Below are positions 1-13,590 of a stretch of 64,000 nucleotides of DNA, piece by piece. The notes beneath the pieces are model-generated. The model was given only the letters and a program-made list of their open reading frames with translations. It did not search any database and had not been told where the DNA came from. Position 1 is the stretch's first letter, and each line of letters begins with the position of its first letter. Source of the stretch: Chiloscyllium plagiosum (taxonomy: Eukaryota). The stretch lies in NCBI RefSeq assembly GCF_004010195.1, contig NC_057758.1:809029-873028 (forward strand), in the 5' to 3' direction. A program made the position numbers and the translations under genes.

Positions 1-820
1 TTTGGGGAGGATTTAAGCTGATGTGGTAGGGGGGATGGGAACCAGCTGAGGAGATTAGTGGACAGTAAGGAGGGAGTAAATAAAGCCTCTAAGCAATTAG
101 ATCATGAAGTCTGCGTGACTAAACGGAATAGTAGGCAGAGAGCACATGATAAACGCAAAGGGACTGGTTGGCAGAGGTGCATTTATTATAATGCAAGAAG
201 TTTAGCTGGTAAGACCGATGAACCTATGGCCTGGATGAGTACTTGGATGTTTGATGTTTTAGCTATTAGTGCAATTTGGTTGAGGGAGGGGCATGACTGG
301 TAGCTAAATATCCCAGAATCTCAAGATATTGGTGCCTCAGGTGGGATCTAGAGGTAGGTAAAAGGGGTGGAGAAGATTCATTACTGGTCAAAGAGGATAT
401 CATAGCTGTGCTGAAGGAGGGCATGATGGAAGACTCAAGCAAAGAGGCAAAATTGGCAGAGCTCAGAGAGATCAAGGGTGTGCTAAAAATTTTGAGGCTG
501 TCCTACAGTCCTCCCAACATTGACAGAGGTACAGAAATGTAAACAGGCTATGGAAAGATGTGATCGTGATAGGAGATTTTAATATTCCCAACACTGACTG
601 GGGTTCACTTCGTGGAATCTGGATCCAGATGGAACAGAATTGGTAGGAGCATCCAGGAAGCGTTTTCTCGAGCAACATGTAAATAGTCCAACTCGGCAAT
701 GGTCTGTAACTGGACCTAAAGTTGGGGAATGAGCCCGGCCAGTTGGTTGAGGTTTCAGTCGTGGATTACATTGGAAATAGTGATTACAGTTCCGTATGTT
801 TTAGAAACTTTTTGACAAAA
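1..820 (+). mobile_element. CR1 LINE remnant, start of ORF2 (AP endonuclease region), degraded
   Basis: Translates to CIYYNARSLAGKTDE..DVLAISAIWL; GDFN and LDL motifs follow in shifted frames; multiple stops. Confidence 0.85.
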
Positions 821-824
821 ACGT

Positions 825-1547
825 GTGTTGCTGAACAAAGAGACCTTGGAGTGCAGGTTCATAGCTCCTTGAAAGTGGAGTCGCAGTAGATAGGATAGTG
901 AAGAAGGCGTTTGGATGCTTTCCTTTATTGGTCAGAGGATTGAGTACAGCACTTGGGAGGTCATGTTGGGGCTGTACAGGACATTGCTTAGGTCACTGTT
1001 GGAATATTGCGTGCAATTCTAGTCTCCTTCCTATCCGAAAGATGTTGTGAAACTTGGAAGGGTTCAGAAAAGATTTACAAAGATGCTGCCAGGGTTGGAG
1101 CATCTGAGCTACAGGAAGTGGCTGAACATTTTGGGGCAGGTTTCCCTGGAGCGTCGGAGGCTGAGGAGCGACCTTATAGATGTTTACAAAATTATGACGG
1201 GCATGGATAGGGTAAATAGACAAAGTCTTTTCCCTGTGGTCGGGGAGTCTCGAACTGGAGGGCATAGGTTTAGGGTGAGAGGGAAAAGATATAAAAAAGA
1301 CCTAAGGGGCAACATTTTCACACAAAGGATGGTACGTGTATGGAATGAGCTGCCAGAGGATGTGGTGGAGGCTGGAACAATTGCAACATTTAGGAGGCAT
1401 TTGGAAGGCTGTATGAATAAAAAGGGTTTGAAGGGATATGGGCCGTGTGCTGGCAGCTGGGACTAGATTGGGTTAGGATATCTGGTCGGCATTGGACGGG
1501 TTGGACCGAAGGGTCTGTATCCATGCTGTACGTCTCTATGACTCTGA
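825..1547 (+). mobile_element. CR1 LINE 3' end (ORF2 C-terminus plus tail)
   Basis: LEYCVQF, VQKRFTKMLPGLEHLSY, LERRRLRSDLIDVYK, VWNELP motifs; ends in ctctatgactct tail. Confidence 0.92.
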
Positions 1548-1619
1548 CTTTAAGAGTGCTAAATTGAGGGAAGGCCAACTATGCCAAAATTCAGCAGCAG
1601 CTGGGAGATGTAGATTGAT

Positions 1620-2535
1620 CAGAAAGTTGGCAGGTCATGTTGCTGGCGTACAAGACTTTGGTTTGGTCACATTTGGAATACTGCATAGATTTCTGATCGC
1701 AACAGTAACAACTGGATGTGGATGAATTAGAGATGGTGAAAAAGACGTTTAAAAGGATGTGTCTTGGTATGAATGTTGCGAGCTATGAAATCAGGTTGAG
1801 CAGATTTGGATTATTATCGTCAGAAAGATTCATGTTGGGGGGGATCCTGATTAAGGTCTAGAAACTTACGAGAAGTATGGACAGAGCCAATAACAAGTAG
1901 TCATTTTTTCAAAGCTTCGGGGACGCAATTACGCGGAGTCACGGTTTCAACATGAGGGGAGAGGGGGAAACCTAGGGGAGATATGCGTGAAAAACTCTTT
2001 AAACAGAGTTTGGTAGATGACTGGAATGCGTTGCCACTGAACATGGAACGATAGCATAATTTATGATGTATCTAGGCAGAGACAAGAATGGACAGGGAAC
2101 AAAGGAAAACGGATCCTTAGAATATAGCCAAAAGGTTTAGATAGAGGATCTGTAACTTTCTTTGTTCTTTGTTCTTCCCGATGTTATATGATCAGGAGTG
2201 GCATTGATAATGCGATTGTTCTCAGTCTTTTCCATTGAGTGATGAATCAAGGACTAGAGAGCATCGCTTTATGTTTGGAGGGGAAAGAATAAATGGGAAT
2301 CTGAGGGGCAACCTTCTTCACACAGGAAGTGGTACGCATGTGGAATAAGCTGCCAGTGGAAGTTGTTGAAACGGGTATATTAGAACATTTAAAAGGCAGT
2401 TGGACGAATACATGGTTAGGAAATGTTTGGAGAGATAAGGGCCAAATGAAGGGAAGTAGAATTAATGTTGATCGGCATTTTAATCGGTGTGGACCAGTTT
2501 GGGCCGATATCACTGTCACCATACTGTAGGATTCT
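1620..2535 (+). mobile_element. Two older CR1 3' fragments in tandem
   Basis: Degenerate RPHLEY, DLIEVYK and WNKLP motifs; (gttcttt)n tail near 2160. Confidence 0.75.
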
Positions 2536-2869
2536 GAGTCTGTGTCTCAGTAGTTGCTTTACCTCCACCCCCGCCACCCCCATTTGCAACTCACGTACCA
2601 GGATATCCAGATCCCACTGAGCCACAGAGCTTTGCTGTATATTCACTTGGCAATCATGTTTCTGTGGGAAGAGGCAAGAATTTGGAATTGAGGATGATCA
2701 GATCAACCACGATCTCATTGAATGGCAGTATAGAGTCGCTGGACCGAATGGCTTACCTCTGCTTCTGCGTACTGTGGTCTTTTCTGTATTTGTTTTAAAA
2801 TATAAAATCTAATAACCAAATGGACATCATCTCATTTTACAATTTAGACTCCGGCTCCATGATCATCTT

Positions 2870-3187
2870 GGAAGGATTGTGTGTCGGAGGCAAGTGACGG
2901 TGGGTTACTTTTCCTGCAATTCCTCCAAAGAACCATCGATTTTGCCTTCATATTGTCAAAAACATAGGTCTAATACAGGTTATTGATCCAAAAGTACATG
3001 TAAGGATTGTCCACCAAGGAAAGAAGGATTTGGAAGGATTATGTGTAGAAGGCAGGTGAGAGTGGGTTTCCTTTTTGTTAAACATTCCTCCAGAGCAGCA
3101 TTGCTTTAACCCTCATGTTTTCAAAAGAAATAGGTATAACACAGGTATTGATCCAACACTGCATGTAAGGATTGTCCACCCCAGAAA
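2870..3187. repeat. Diverged ~160-bp direct tandem duplication
   Basis: Both units begin ggaaggatt(g/a)tgtgt and contain tattgatccaa...catgtaaggattgtccacc. Confidence 0.85.
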
Positions 3188-3729
3188 CTGGGAGTTGCAC
3201 TGTCCAGCGTAATATTTATGAAGAAGAGCGGAAGGGATGCCTGGAGTGTCTCCTGTCCGTATTAAACCTTTCCCTGGGTTCGAAATAAGGCTCCACAGCT
3301 GTCACATTGGACCTCCCCATTCTAAAAAAGCACTGGCTCTCCTTCCTCATTCAGCTATTGTGCCGTTATATTCCTGCCCATACCAAAATTCAGTCCAGTA
3401 ATTCTGGCTTTTTCTGCATGCACAATTGCAATCCATATGAAACACCTGGCAATTGCTGCGTAGTTACCAACGTCAATGGTTGTAGCTATCCTTGAATTTG
3501 GCAGAGATATTTACAACTGTGCGGATGACAGTATGGAACTCGAAAGGGACGTTGACAATTTGATCAGTTGGACAGACGGGGCGGAAGTGCAGTTTCACGT
3601 TCAGTATTGGACGTGCCTTGACTAGCTTAGAAGACATGATTCCGAATTATCCCTACACCCTTTCTCGCCACAATTCCCAAATAGAATTCTACCTACCCAC
3701 CACCGCTTCCTTTATTCAGGTATAGCTGA

Positions 3730-5240
3730 AATAAAGAAATAGGAACAGAGGAAAGCCATTCAGGCGCTCGAGCCTGACCTGCCATTTAAAGCGACCATGG
3801 CTAATGTTACCTCGTCATTCACTCCAGTTTCCAGCACACGCCCTTCAACATATTACCAATTTAGAAATTAGCACGTCTTCTCCAATATTCAGTGTGCAAG
3901 CATCCACTGTACTCTGGAGTAATGAAGTTGACACACTCGCGACCGTTTGAGAGAAATATTATTTCCTTAATTCTGCTTTAAATCTAATACCCCTTATCCG
4001 AAAACAGTGAAGTTTCATTCCAGATTTCCACTGAAGATGAAGCATTTTCGTATCAATCTCTGTAGCATTTTACTGATCTTAGATTGATCTATTCGCATTC
4101 TGCCAAACTCCACAATGCAGGCCATACTTCTCATCCCGAAGTCAATGAATGAACCTTCGCCGAACCGCCTCCAATACAACTACATACCTCCTCAAATAAG
4201 GGGAGAGCAGTTACATGCAATAATCCAAGTTTAGTCTAACTACTGTCTTGTAGAGATGCGGTGACACCGACTTACTTTTATGCTCTATTCGTTTCTCAAT
4301 TAATGACAAAAACTAATTTGTCTTCCTTATTTCATACTCTCCGTGCATGCAGGTTGTGTTTAATTCTTACAAATGGCCACCCAAAGATCTCTGCAGCAAA
4401 GCAGTTTGAAGGATAACGTAACTAATTAGCTCAGAGGCTGAACCGTGGTGCTATTACCACAAAGGACATGGTGGAAGTAAAGGGGGAAAGGGAAGGTTGT
4501 GGGTGAGCGAGTTTGTTGGCTCAGTTGACTGGACAGCAGGCTTGCAATGCAGAGTGATTTCAGCAGAATCCGCTCGATTGCTCAGAGATGTTAGGGCTAT
4601 CGCGCCAAGAGTTCTGCTACCATATGACCACTCATCTGAGACATGACGGCTCCCTGGATAGCCTCAGCACTGAGTCACCTCTCTAGTGAGTCAGCAGCGC
4701 TGCGATGTTAGTAAGACCATGGGAAGTAGGACCAACAGGCCTCTTGAGCGTGTTCCACCTTTAAATAGGAGCACGGATGGTCTGACATACCTCGGGTTCA
4801 TCTCCTTAGCCTTTCTAACCAAGCCTCAATTTCCTATCACAATCAAGAATCAATCAGCTCAATCTTAAACATACACAAGAACTTTACTCCAGCAGTACTG
4901 TACGAAGTCCCAAAGACATACAATCCTCTGACAGATGAAATTCCTCCTCTTCTGAGTCCAAAATAGCATTCCTTGTCTTCGAAGGTGACCTTCTCTGATT
5001 CTTGCATGAACGCGAAGCATATTCTTAGCATTAAAGTTTATAACCCACTAAAAATTCTCTATTCAAATGAGATCACGTCTCTTTCTTCGACATTGCAGAG
5101 AATAGAGTCCCACACTGTTTAGTTTATGCCCAGAAGGCACTGCCTCCGTAACGGGGTTCACTCTCGTGAAGACACAAATAGTTGCTTTCCATGAAATAAT
5201 GGTTATAATCTCAACACTAGCCCAGATATGATCTCATGAA
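3730..5240 (-). mobile_element. Old CR1 3' fragments (two), with a SINE-like piece near 4500-4720
   Basis: Reverse-strand CR1 3' ends (aggaacagaggaaagccattcag...ctcgagcctg; gtaggaccaacaggcctcttgagc) followed by degraded ORF2 sequence. Confidence 0.6.
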
Positions 5241-5249
5241 AATCGAGAA

Positions 5250-5425
5250 GTGTGAAGCTAATAAAGCACAGCAGGTCATGCAGCCCACAAGGGACATGAG
5301 AATCGATGTTCCGGGCATGAGGCCTTCATCAGGAATGAAACGTTCATGCCCGAAATGCCTGTTCTGCTGTTCTTGTCGAGCGACACCCTTTTTGACTCTG
5401 ACTTCCAGCGTCTGCAGTCCTCATT
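5250..5425. mobile_element. Short Penelope terminal-repeat-derived (MITE-like) element
   Basis: aagtgtg..aaagcacagcaggtca...ccttcatcagg...tgcccgaaa...tccagcgtctgcagtcctca; the same motif family recurs across the window. Confidence 0.65.
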
Positions 5426-5499
5426 TTGGCCGTCATCTCAGGTACACGTTGTACATTTACAGTAACACTTGCCTAATTTATACTTGAAATAACACCCAA

Positions 5500-5890
5500 C
5501 ATAGAATCAGAGTCATACAGATGTACAGCACGAAAACAGACCCTGCGGTCCAACTCATCCATGCTGACTAGCTATCCCAATCCATCTCGTCTCACCTGCT
5601 AGCACCCGGTCCATATCCCTCCAAACCCTTCCTATTTCTATATTAATCCAGATGCCTTTTAAGTGTTTTAACTGCACTAGCCGCTACCAATTCCTCTGGC
5701 AGCTCATTCCATACATGCATCACCCTCTGCATGATAAAGGTTTCCTCTTAGGTCCCTTTTACATCTTTCCCCTCTCACCTTAAACGTATGCCCACTAGTT
5801 CTGAACTCACCCACCCTAGGAATAGACTCTGTATATTTATGCTATCCATGCCCAGTCAATAAGTCCTGCTAAGACTTGCTTTCCCCAAAA
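5500..5890 (-). mobile_element. CR1 3' end, 5'-truncated
   Basis: Reverse complement of the same family as 825-1547 (agagtcatacagatgtacagcac...). Confidence 0.85.
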
Positions 5891-6229
5891 AACACATTGT
5901 CACCTGTTTACTCTTCACTAACAATGAATTTACTCACTGATTGCAAACGTGCTGTGGCAAAAAAGGTTTTTTTTTTCAAAGAGAACAACCCTGCTATATC
6001 CCATATCATCACCATTTTCCATACAATCATATGTCTGTCAATATAGAATTATAACAAACGATATATGTGCTTCCATTTCATGAACATTCGAAAGAAAACT
6101 GATTGAATGCAGGCAAAAAAATATTCAACTACACTTGTGAAATGTACCACAATCATAATGAGGTATTTGCGACAAAGGAGAGGAGACAATATTATATAAT
6201 CAAGTAGCAACAGAATCACTCATTGTCGG

Positions 6230-7230
6230 AAGTGTCATGCTGACGACAGAAACCATTAGTCAATCGAAACTGCATATGTCCTACATTACCCTCCAGCGAG
6301 TTTCTTCCTTGTCCCCTCTATTTCGGCGCACCACATTGAACTCCATAACCATGTAATGTCGCTTTCTAGCAGCTCGACGTAACCTGCTTCCACTAAATTT
6401 CCAGGCAGTCCGTTCCAAAACCGAACGACACATTGGGTGAAGAATTTCTTCTACTCACTCCATATTTGCTCCGTTTTTACCTTAATCTAAATAAAATCGC
6501 GGCTTGTTCTTGTGACGTTTAGGGGCAGGAACACCTTCTCCCCATCTCTTCTGTCATGTCCCACTCCACGGTTTCGGAAACATCTATTAGATCTCTCTCA
6601 GGAGAACAGAACCATTTCTGTCAATCGATCCTCATCACTGAAATTCCTCATTCTTTGAAACATACCTTTAAATGTCTTCTGCAATCTACCTCCAATGCGT
6701 TCACATTTTTCCACTGATGTGGCACCCACAAATGTACTCTGTGCACGATATGAGGTATGACAAAGGTTTGGCACGAGATCATCATTTCCACTTTGCACTG
6801 ATACGCTGTACAGATCTTACTAAAACCATTGATAGTGAATATTTTATTTAATGCTCTCTCGCTCTCTTCTTACATTTTCACTGAATATGCATATGTTCAT
6901 GCAGATCCCTCTAGTCCTGCGCCCTCCTGTCAAGTGTACCTCTGATTTTATGCAGTCTTTAAATGTTCTCCCAACATAAGCGCATCACCTCAACTTTATC
7001 TAATAAATTGTCAAACTACATCTGCACACGACCTGCCAACTGAAACAATTGCCAATTTCGTTTTGGAGTTTCTGGCTGCCAACCTCATGATTTACATTTC
7101 TGTTCATATTCGTATCAACTACAAAACGTTTGAAATTTTACTCCTCACATATCAAGATCCAGAGTATTAATGCATATGAGGAACATATCACAATATTTTT
7201 ACAATATTGGCATATGCTGAACTCCACACT
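6230..7230 (-). mobile_element. Degraded CR1 ORF2 fragment
   Basis: Minus-strand translation resembles CR1 (LQKTFKGMFQRMRNFSDEDRL). Confidence 0.65.
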
Positions 7231-7950
7231 ATATACAAACTAATTTGTAAACGTCTGGTATGCTTGGCAGGAGTGTGTGGAGAAAGAAATATTGGGAAGT
7301 TCCCATCTGGTGACCTTTGGGAGCGTTCAGATATGTCACAGAAAAGAAACTAGGCTTTGCAAGGAGAGACAAGAGCTTGGAAGCACAAACGGGAAATTCA
7401 TTTTCAGAGTGGAATCTAGCGGACAGATGGCGAAAGAGAATATGTGACTAAATGGATTTTAGGGGAAACAAAAATGAATTGGGGTGATGGGTGAACAAAG
7501 AAACTAAGAAATGTAAATGTGGAAGGAGTTTAGAGTGGGAAATGTCAAAAGAACAATACATATCAGTTCAAACGGACTCAGAGATTGCATTCGATTTAGA
7601 GTGGAGCAAGTTCAGATCTAAAATCTCAGAGGTTTTGTTTATGTTGACAGCTGTGAGTGGAGACTCCACATTTTCCACGGGAGTCCAAAATGTGAAAACA
7701 TCTCTCGTCTCTTTTTTAACCGTTGCCAGCCCAAATTGCCTTTGCATTTTTCCCTTGTCAATGAATATTTTCGTCAGAGTGTTTTATGCTTCCTTGCCCG
7801 CCCTTGTCAACATTGAAAACTGGGAGGGTAAAATATGAAAGAAAGAACGGTTTGAATTCTGAGAGAAAAACATTAATGCCTGGGGAAACTCAGCTGGTCT
7901 GGCAGCATCTTTGGAAAGAGGGGCAGAGTTATCCTTGCAAATCTAGTGAC

Positions 7951-8324
7951 GCAACATGAGACACTCGGACTGCTGTTGCCACTCGCGTTTCAGGCAGTGG
8001 TTTCAGCTGACACCTTTTTGTCTCTGCTCATGTTGCGAGGAGCCTGTGGACTGTACTGAGAATGTTCTGCTCCACTGAGGAAATCCTCTGACGTCTAAGC
8101 AGACTTTAAAGAGTGGATACCTTCAGCGAACCTGCACAACAGGATGGGAAGAGGGACACATGATTCAGGGAATTCCTGTTTACATTTTGAAGACACTGGC
8201 TGCAATCAGCGATGGATATATTCGTTCTACCAGATTACAACGTCTATAATCAATCATTATACAAACTGACCTTTATTAGCATTATGAATACAGTGGCTAA
8301 AAGTGCCTGGGAATACTGCGGCAT
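7951..8324 (-). pseudogene. Possible three-exon beta-defensin-like pseudogene
   Basis: Exon 8324-8271 MPQYSQALLATVFIMLIK|gtcagt; 11-nt exon 8131-8121 with a strong acceptor; exon from 8043 reads LLAT*AETK/GVS*NHCLKRE/GNSSPSVSCC. Only 3 of 6 Cys codons are intact. Confidence 0.3.
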
Positions 8325-8739
8325 ATTTTGAAAGGTCTCCCGAGTGGATAGAAGAAGGAAACATAACAGCGACACATTTAGTGTCCCTAGAGACAGGCAT
8401 AAATTGTAGGCTCTGAACAAACACGTTCAGCTGCGTGTCTCAAATTGTGCCTTGTGCCCAGACTGGGAGAAAAATAATCGTTGTCCAAATTGATGTGTCC
8501 AGAAATAGAATTCCTTTTTAAAAAGCACAAACTGAAGTGGCAATCGTGTTAATCTTCCAGTTTTGTTTTTTTAATCTTAATTTGAGCCAGCGGTGATTTT
8601 GCTAAATGTGTACATCTTAAAAAATATAATGACAGAGGCAAAATGTGTATATGTTGGCCCCTTAACGTAGGGTCAGTGATGATGTGCGGAGGGAGAACTG
8701 CCTTATTAATCTGACACAAGTATGCTATGCACAAAACAT

Positions 8740-9885
8740 GGAATCAGTGAGCCATATAACGTAGATACATGCCATTCAGCAGTATACGTCTATGCTGACG
8801 AAGAAACAGCAAGGTATGCTAATCACACTTACCTCTACTTGATCCGTAGCCTGGAAAGCCCCAGCGTGTTTCGTGCTCAGACAGATGTTTTTTTCTAAAT
8901 ACTCTCAGAGTGCATGATTTCACCATCCACTAAGAAGACACGTTCTTATTTTTTCCATCCTCTGTGTGGAAATATAACAATTCTCAGATCTCCACTAAAC
9001 CACTTGCTTCTCACTATACTCTGAGGCTGATTCGACTTATACACCGAGAACAGAAAACAAACTTCAGCTCTGAATGTTGCGCCGATCTGTGGAACCAGTC
9101 TGAATCCTATCCAGCCTACACTATTCCATTTTCATACATATGTTTATCCAATGACCACTTTCATGCCCTCTCCTTTTCATAAACTCGCCAAGTTTATGGC
9201 GAGTCGACTACTTTTGCAGGCATTGCCCTCCACGCTACTGCTACTCTCTGAGGGAAGAATCCATTCCAAAACGTCTATATCCTTCCTATCATGCCGTGAC
9301 CAGAACTGTATGCAGGTGCAGCCACACTAGAGATTTGTACCGCTGCAGCATGTCCTCTTGGATCTATAACGCAATTTCAATACCAATAACAGCAAACACA
9401 CCGCATGCTTTCTTAGCAAACTTATCAATCTGGGCGTCAAACTTCATGGAACTATGTCCAAGGACTCTGGGACCTCTCTGCACTTCTACACTACCAAGAA
9501 TCTTACCTTTAGCCCAGTACTCTTCCTTTTTTACTCCTTCCGAAGAGAATCACCTCACCATTTTCTGCATTAAACTCCATTTGCACCACTCAGATCAGCT
9601 CTGCAGCTTGTCCCTCTGGAACCTGCAACATCCTTCAGCACTATCCACAACTTCGCTAACCTCATCCACAAATTTACTAACCCATCCTTCTGCGCCCTCA
9701 TCTCAGTCATATATAGAATTGACAAACTGAAGAGTTCTCAAAACAAACCCCTGCGCTGCACCTCTAGAAATTGAAGTCCAGGATAAATATTTCCCATCAA
9801 CCACCGCCCTCTGTCTTTTTTCTGCGAGCCAATTTATAGTCAAAACTGCTATGTCACCCTCAATCCCATGCTTCCGTATGATGTG
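8740..9885 (-). mobile_element. CR1 fragments (RT to 3' end)
   Basis: IRKHGIEGDIAVLTINWLAEKRQRAVVDGKYLSW..GAAQGFVL is CR1 RT. Confidence 0.85.
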
Positions 9886-10184
9886 AATTGGATATGACTT
9901 GATTTGATAATAATCAAAGTAATCAAGATCTTTTGCAAAGTAACAGAATGGAATGATGGGGGGATTCAGATTCACAATTAATGAAAAAAGAGTGAATAGA
10001 AGCAAGGTGTGCGCAGACGAATGCAGCAAATTTGAGTGTTTAAAAATGAAAGGGCAATAGTGTCAAAGCTGAAACTGATGCGATCTGTACAGCTTCCAGT
10101 GTAAGCATCTCGATGGAGGTGGGATATGTTTGCCGATTGGCTGATGCGTTCCTCCCATTGTACAGTTTATATCGACGTGGTTAT

Positions 10185-10625
10185 GATGGTGCGACACTTC
10201 CATATCCGCCACAAATTCACCTGCACCTCCCCACACATCATCTATTGCATCCGCTGCACCCGATGTGGCCTCCTCTATATTGGCGAGACAGGCCGCCTAC
10301 TTGCGGAACGTTTCAGAGAACACCTCTGGGACACCCGGACCAACCAACCCAACCACCCTGTAGCCCAACATTTTAACTCTCCCTCCCACTCCACCAAGGA
10401 CATGCAGGTCCTTGGACTCCTCCATCGCCAGACCATGGCAACATGACGGTTGGAGGAAGAGCGCCTCATCTTCTGCCTGGAAACCGTCCAACCACAAGGG
10501 ATGAACTCAGATTTCTCCAGTTTCCTCATTTCCCTTCCCCCCACCTTGTCTCAGTCAAATCTCTCCTGTTCCTTGGATGCTGCCTGACCTGCTGCGCTTT
10601 TCCAGCAACACATTTTCAGTTATGA
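10185..10625 (+). mobile_element. Penelope-like element 3' part (GIY-YIG endonuclease)
   Basis: FTCTSPHIIYCIRCTRCGLLYIGETGRLLAERFREHL..HPVAQHFNSPSH; ends in a terminal-repeat motif. Confidence 0.92.
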
Positions 10626-12639
10626 TGATGGGAGCCAAGCTCACAAAAAAGGAAAATCAGGGCACACAAAATAATTCCAAAGGTGAATAATGCTGAAAAA
10701 GGAAACAAAAAAATTATTGGTCAGAGAGCGAATAACTCGTAAATCAAATTTGCCGTACCTGCACGTGAATACAATGTATCAAATAAATAGGATTAGTTCG
10801 ACACAGTCACACTTTTTCACTCTCCTCACCTTTCCACGCTCCCATCACAAAAAATGACAATGTGGGTATTCCAAAGTCTGGATCTTATGGAAGGAAAGGC
10901 TGCGCGTGGTTTATTGCTTGGAAGAAGATCTTACAGACACATAAGAAAATTGATTATGTTAAATGTTTGGTGCTTGGGGCGGTGGAGTTGGTGGGGTGGT
11001 GGTTTGTAGAGAGGAAAAGAGAAAGAGAGGAACGATGGTCCATGTCCAAAAAGGGATTTGGATTGCGCATTAGCAAGAGATCATTGTGGAGGATTAAGAC
11101 TTGTTATATCATAATGTTCCCGTTGGGAAAGGACAGCACAGGCCTGGAATATCCAGAATACGGTCAAAATGAACGGAATGGGAAAGAATGTCACAGAGAA
11201 GCTGGATGCCCTACCTTCAAGGCTCAAAGGCAACGAAACCAGGCATGTGATTAAGGAGGAGTTCATGCAGTCCTAATCGCGGGAGACAGAAACATACTGG
11301 ACAACAACAGACTGTAATTGTTCAAACTCTCTTGCACCTGCTTCACCATTCAATATATCCATGATTCCTTCTATTGCGTTTCTATTTACACCTCCTCATT
11401 CGCCTCCAATAACAGTCCATTCCTCTGTTGACGAGAAACTGTTCGACTGGGTCCGCAAACATCTTTAATAATCCACATCCACAGCCTTCTGTGTTGCAAG
11501 ACGTTCTGTGGTTGCATATTGCCTTTGACGAAAGCGAGAGAAAGAGAATTCACATCTCTCTCCTGAAAGTGCGAATCTCCTGGCCATTCCCCTCACCACG
11601 CCCTGCCCATTGTACATCAGTGCATTTTCTTTCCGGACCACCTACACCAGTACCGAATTCCTCCCAGCATTACTTCTTCAATCAGGTAATATGCTGCTGC
11701 TTCATTCCACTCTTCGAAACCCAAGTTGTAACAAGCCCAGTCTGTACAACCTTTACCCAGGAAACAATCCTATCGCTACAGTGATTAAACCAAGAATCTT
11801 CCCTCTGAACCAACTCAGATGCAAACATACCTTTCTTTTAATTACGAATCCAAAATTCATATTACATTCCCGATCTGATATTATCAGCCCCCTATACAAC
11901 TAAAACAGAACATGCGTGTACTCTCCGTCTTGTCTGAAGTATAGAACGCCATTAGTCTCCTTTATTATGTTTTGTGGATATGTAATAATATGTGTGCTCA
12001 AAGATGTAAATCATTCTAACACGTCAGAATTTTGTAAAGGTTCCCTGTTGTAACTGTTTTGCTTTTATTTTTAAGGTTTTCTGTCAAATGAGCATTCCAT
12101 TTTCCTACACTGTATTCCAGTTGCCGACTTTCTGTGTCTGTGATCTGCAAACGCTTTGTGCTTCTCCAAAACGTACGCCCCTCCCGATCTTGGTGCTGTA
12201 TGTGAATTTTACAGTTTTACCTTCTCTCATTTCTGCAAGTTCATCAGAAAAATTGCCTGTCCTTTGTTTCCATGCGTCTTGTCTCTTCTTATTCCTGGTC
12301 CTTCTCTCACAATTTAAAAAAAAACCTATCTATCCAACACGTTGGGAAACTCCTTGATGTAAGTGTCTATCTCAGTCTATCTTTCCTACATCGATATCTG
12401 TCTGTATTTGATTGGCATCGCCCGCTTTCTGCTTGTCTTCCTTCCTCTGTTCTGTGTACCTTTCTTTCTCTTTTCTACGTTTCTTTAATATCGCTACATG
12501 TTCGCTTGTTAATCTCCCACTATTTCACAATCTCACTCTGTTTTAAAGATATTGCTCACGTCACTCTCACTCGGAGTGTACAAAAAGAATACCAAAACAG
12601 GGGAAGCTTTAGACTATGTTACATAAATTATTTGATTTG

Positions 12640-13590
12640 AGCATAAGAGGTATCGTGAGTAAGTTTGCAGATGATGCCAAAATTGGAGATGTAGCGGGCA
12701 GAGAAGCAAATTACCTTAGATTATAAAAGAATGTTGATAGTTGGGGCAATAAGTTGAGAGGTGACAGATGGAGCTTAATTCAGGTAAATGCGAGGTTCTG
12801 CATTTTGGAAAAACAAACCTACTAGGACTTATACACTTAATGGTCATGTCCTAGGGTGTGTTGCTGAACAAAAAGGCCATGGAGTGTTGATTCATAGCTC
12901 CTTGAAAATGGAGTCACAGGGAGATAGAACAGTGAAGAAGGCGTTTGGTATGCTTTCCTTTATCGTTCAGAGTACTGAGTGCAAGAGCTGGGAAGACATG
13001 TTGCGTCAGTTCAGGAGATTGGTTAGACCACTGTTGGAATATTGCGTGCAATTCTGGTCTCCCTCCTATTGGAAAGATGTCGTGAAACTTGAAATGTTTC
13101 AGGAAAGATTTGCAAGAATGTTGCCAGGGTGGGAGAATTTGAGCTGTAGGGTGCGGCTAAACAGGCTGGGGTTGCTTTCATTGGAGCTTCGCAGGCTGAA
13201 AGGTGACCTTATAGAGGTTTACAAAATTATGAGGGGCATGGATAGGATAAATAGACAAAGTCTTTTCCCTTGATTGGGGGAGTCCAGAACTAGAGGGCAT
13301 AGGTTTAAGGTGAACGAGGAAAGATGTAAAAGAGAACTAAAAGGCATTTTTTCCTTGCAGAGGGTGGTACGTATATGGAATGAGCTACCAGAGGAAGTGG
13401 CGGAGTCTGTTACAATTGGAACGTTTAAATGGCATTTGGATGGATATATGAATAGGAAGGGTTTGGACGGATTATGGGCCAGGTGCTGGCAGGTGGGACC
13501 AAATTGGGTTGGGATATCTGGTCGGCATGGACGAGTAGGACAGAAGGGTCTGTTTCCATTCTGTACATTTGTATCACCTGTGACTCTATA
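12640..13590 (+). mobile_element. CR1 LINE 3' ~1 kb
   Basis: SKFADD, LVRPLLEYCVQFWSP, LRRLKGDLIEVYK, IWNELP; tgactcta tail. Confidence 0.93.

Noticed and set aside
3355..3495. Plus-strand Cys-rich ORF LLCRY..FCMHNCNPYETPGNCCVV..GC with an acceptor-like start
   Set aside because: Cys order does not fit a defensin or other family I recognise; phase 0; no leader exon found
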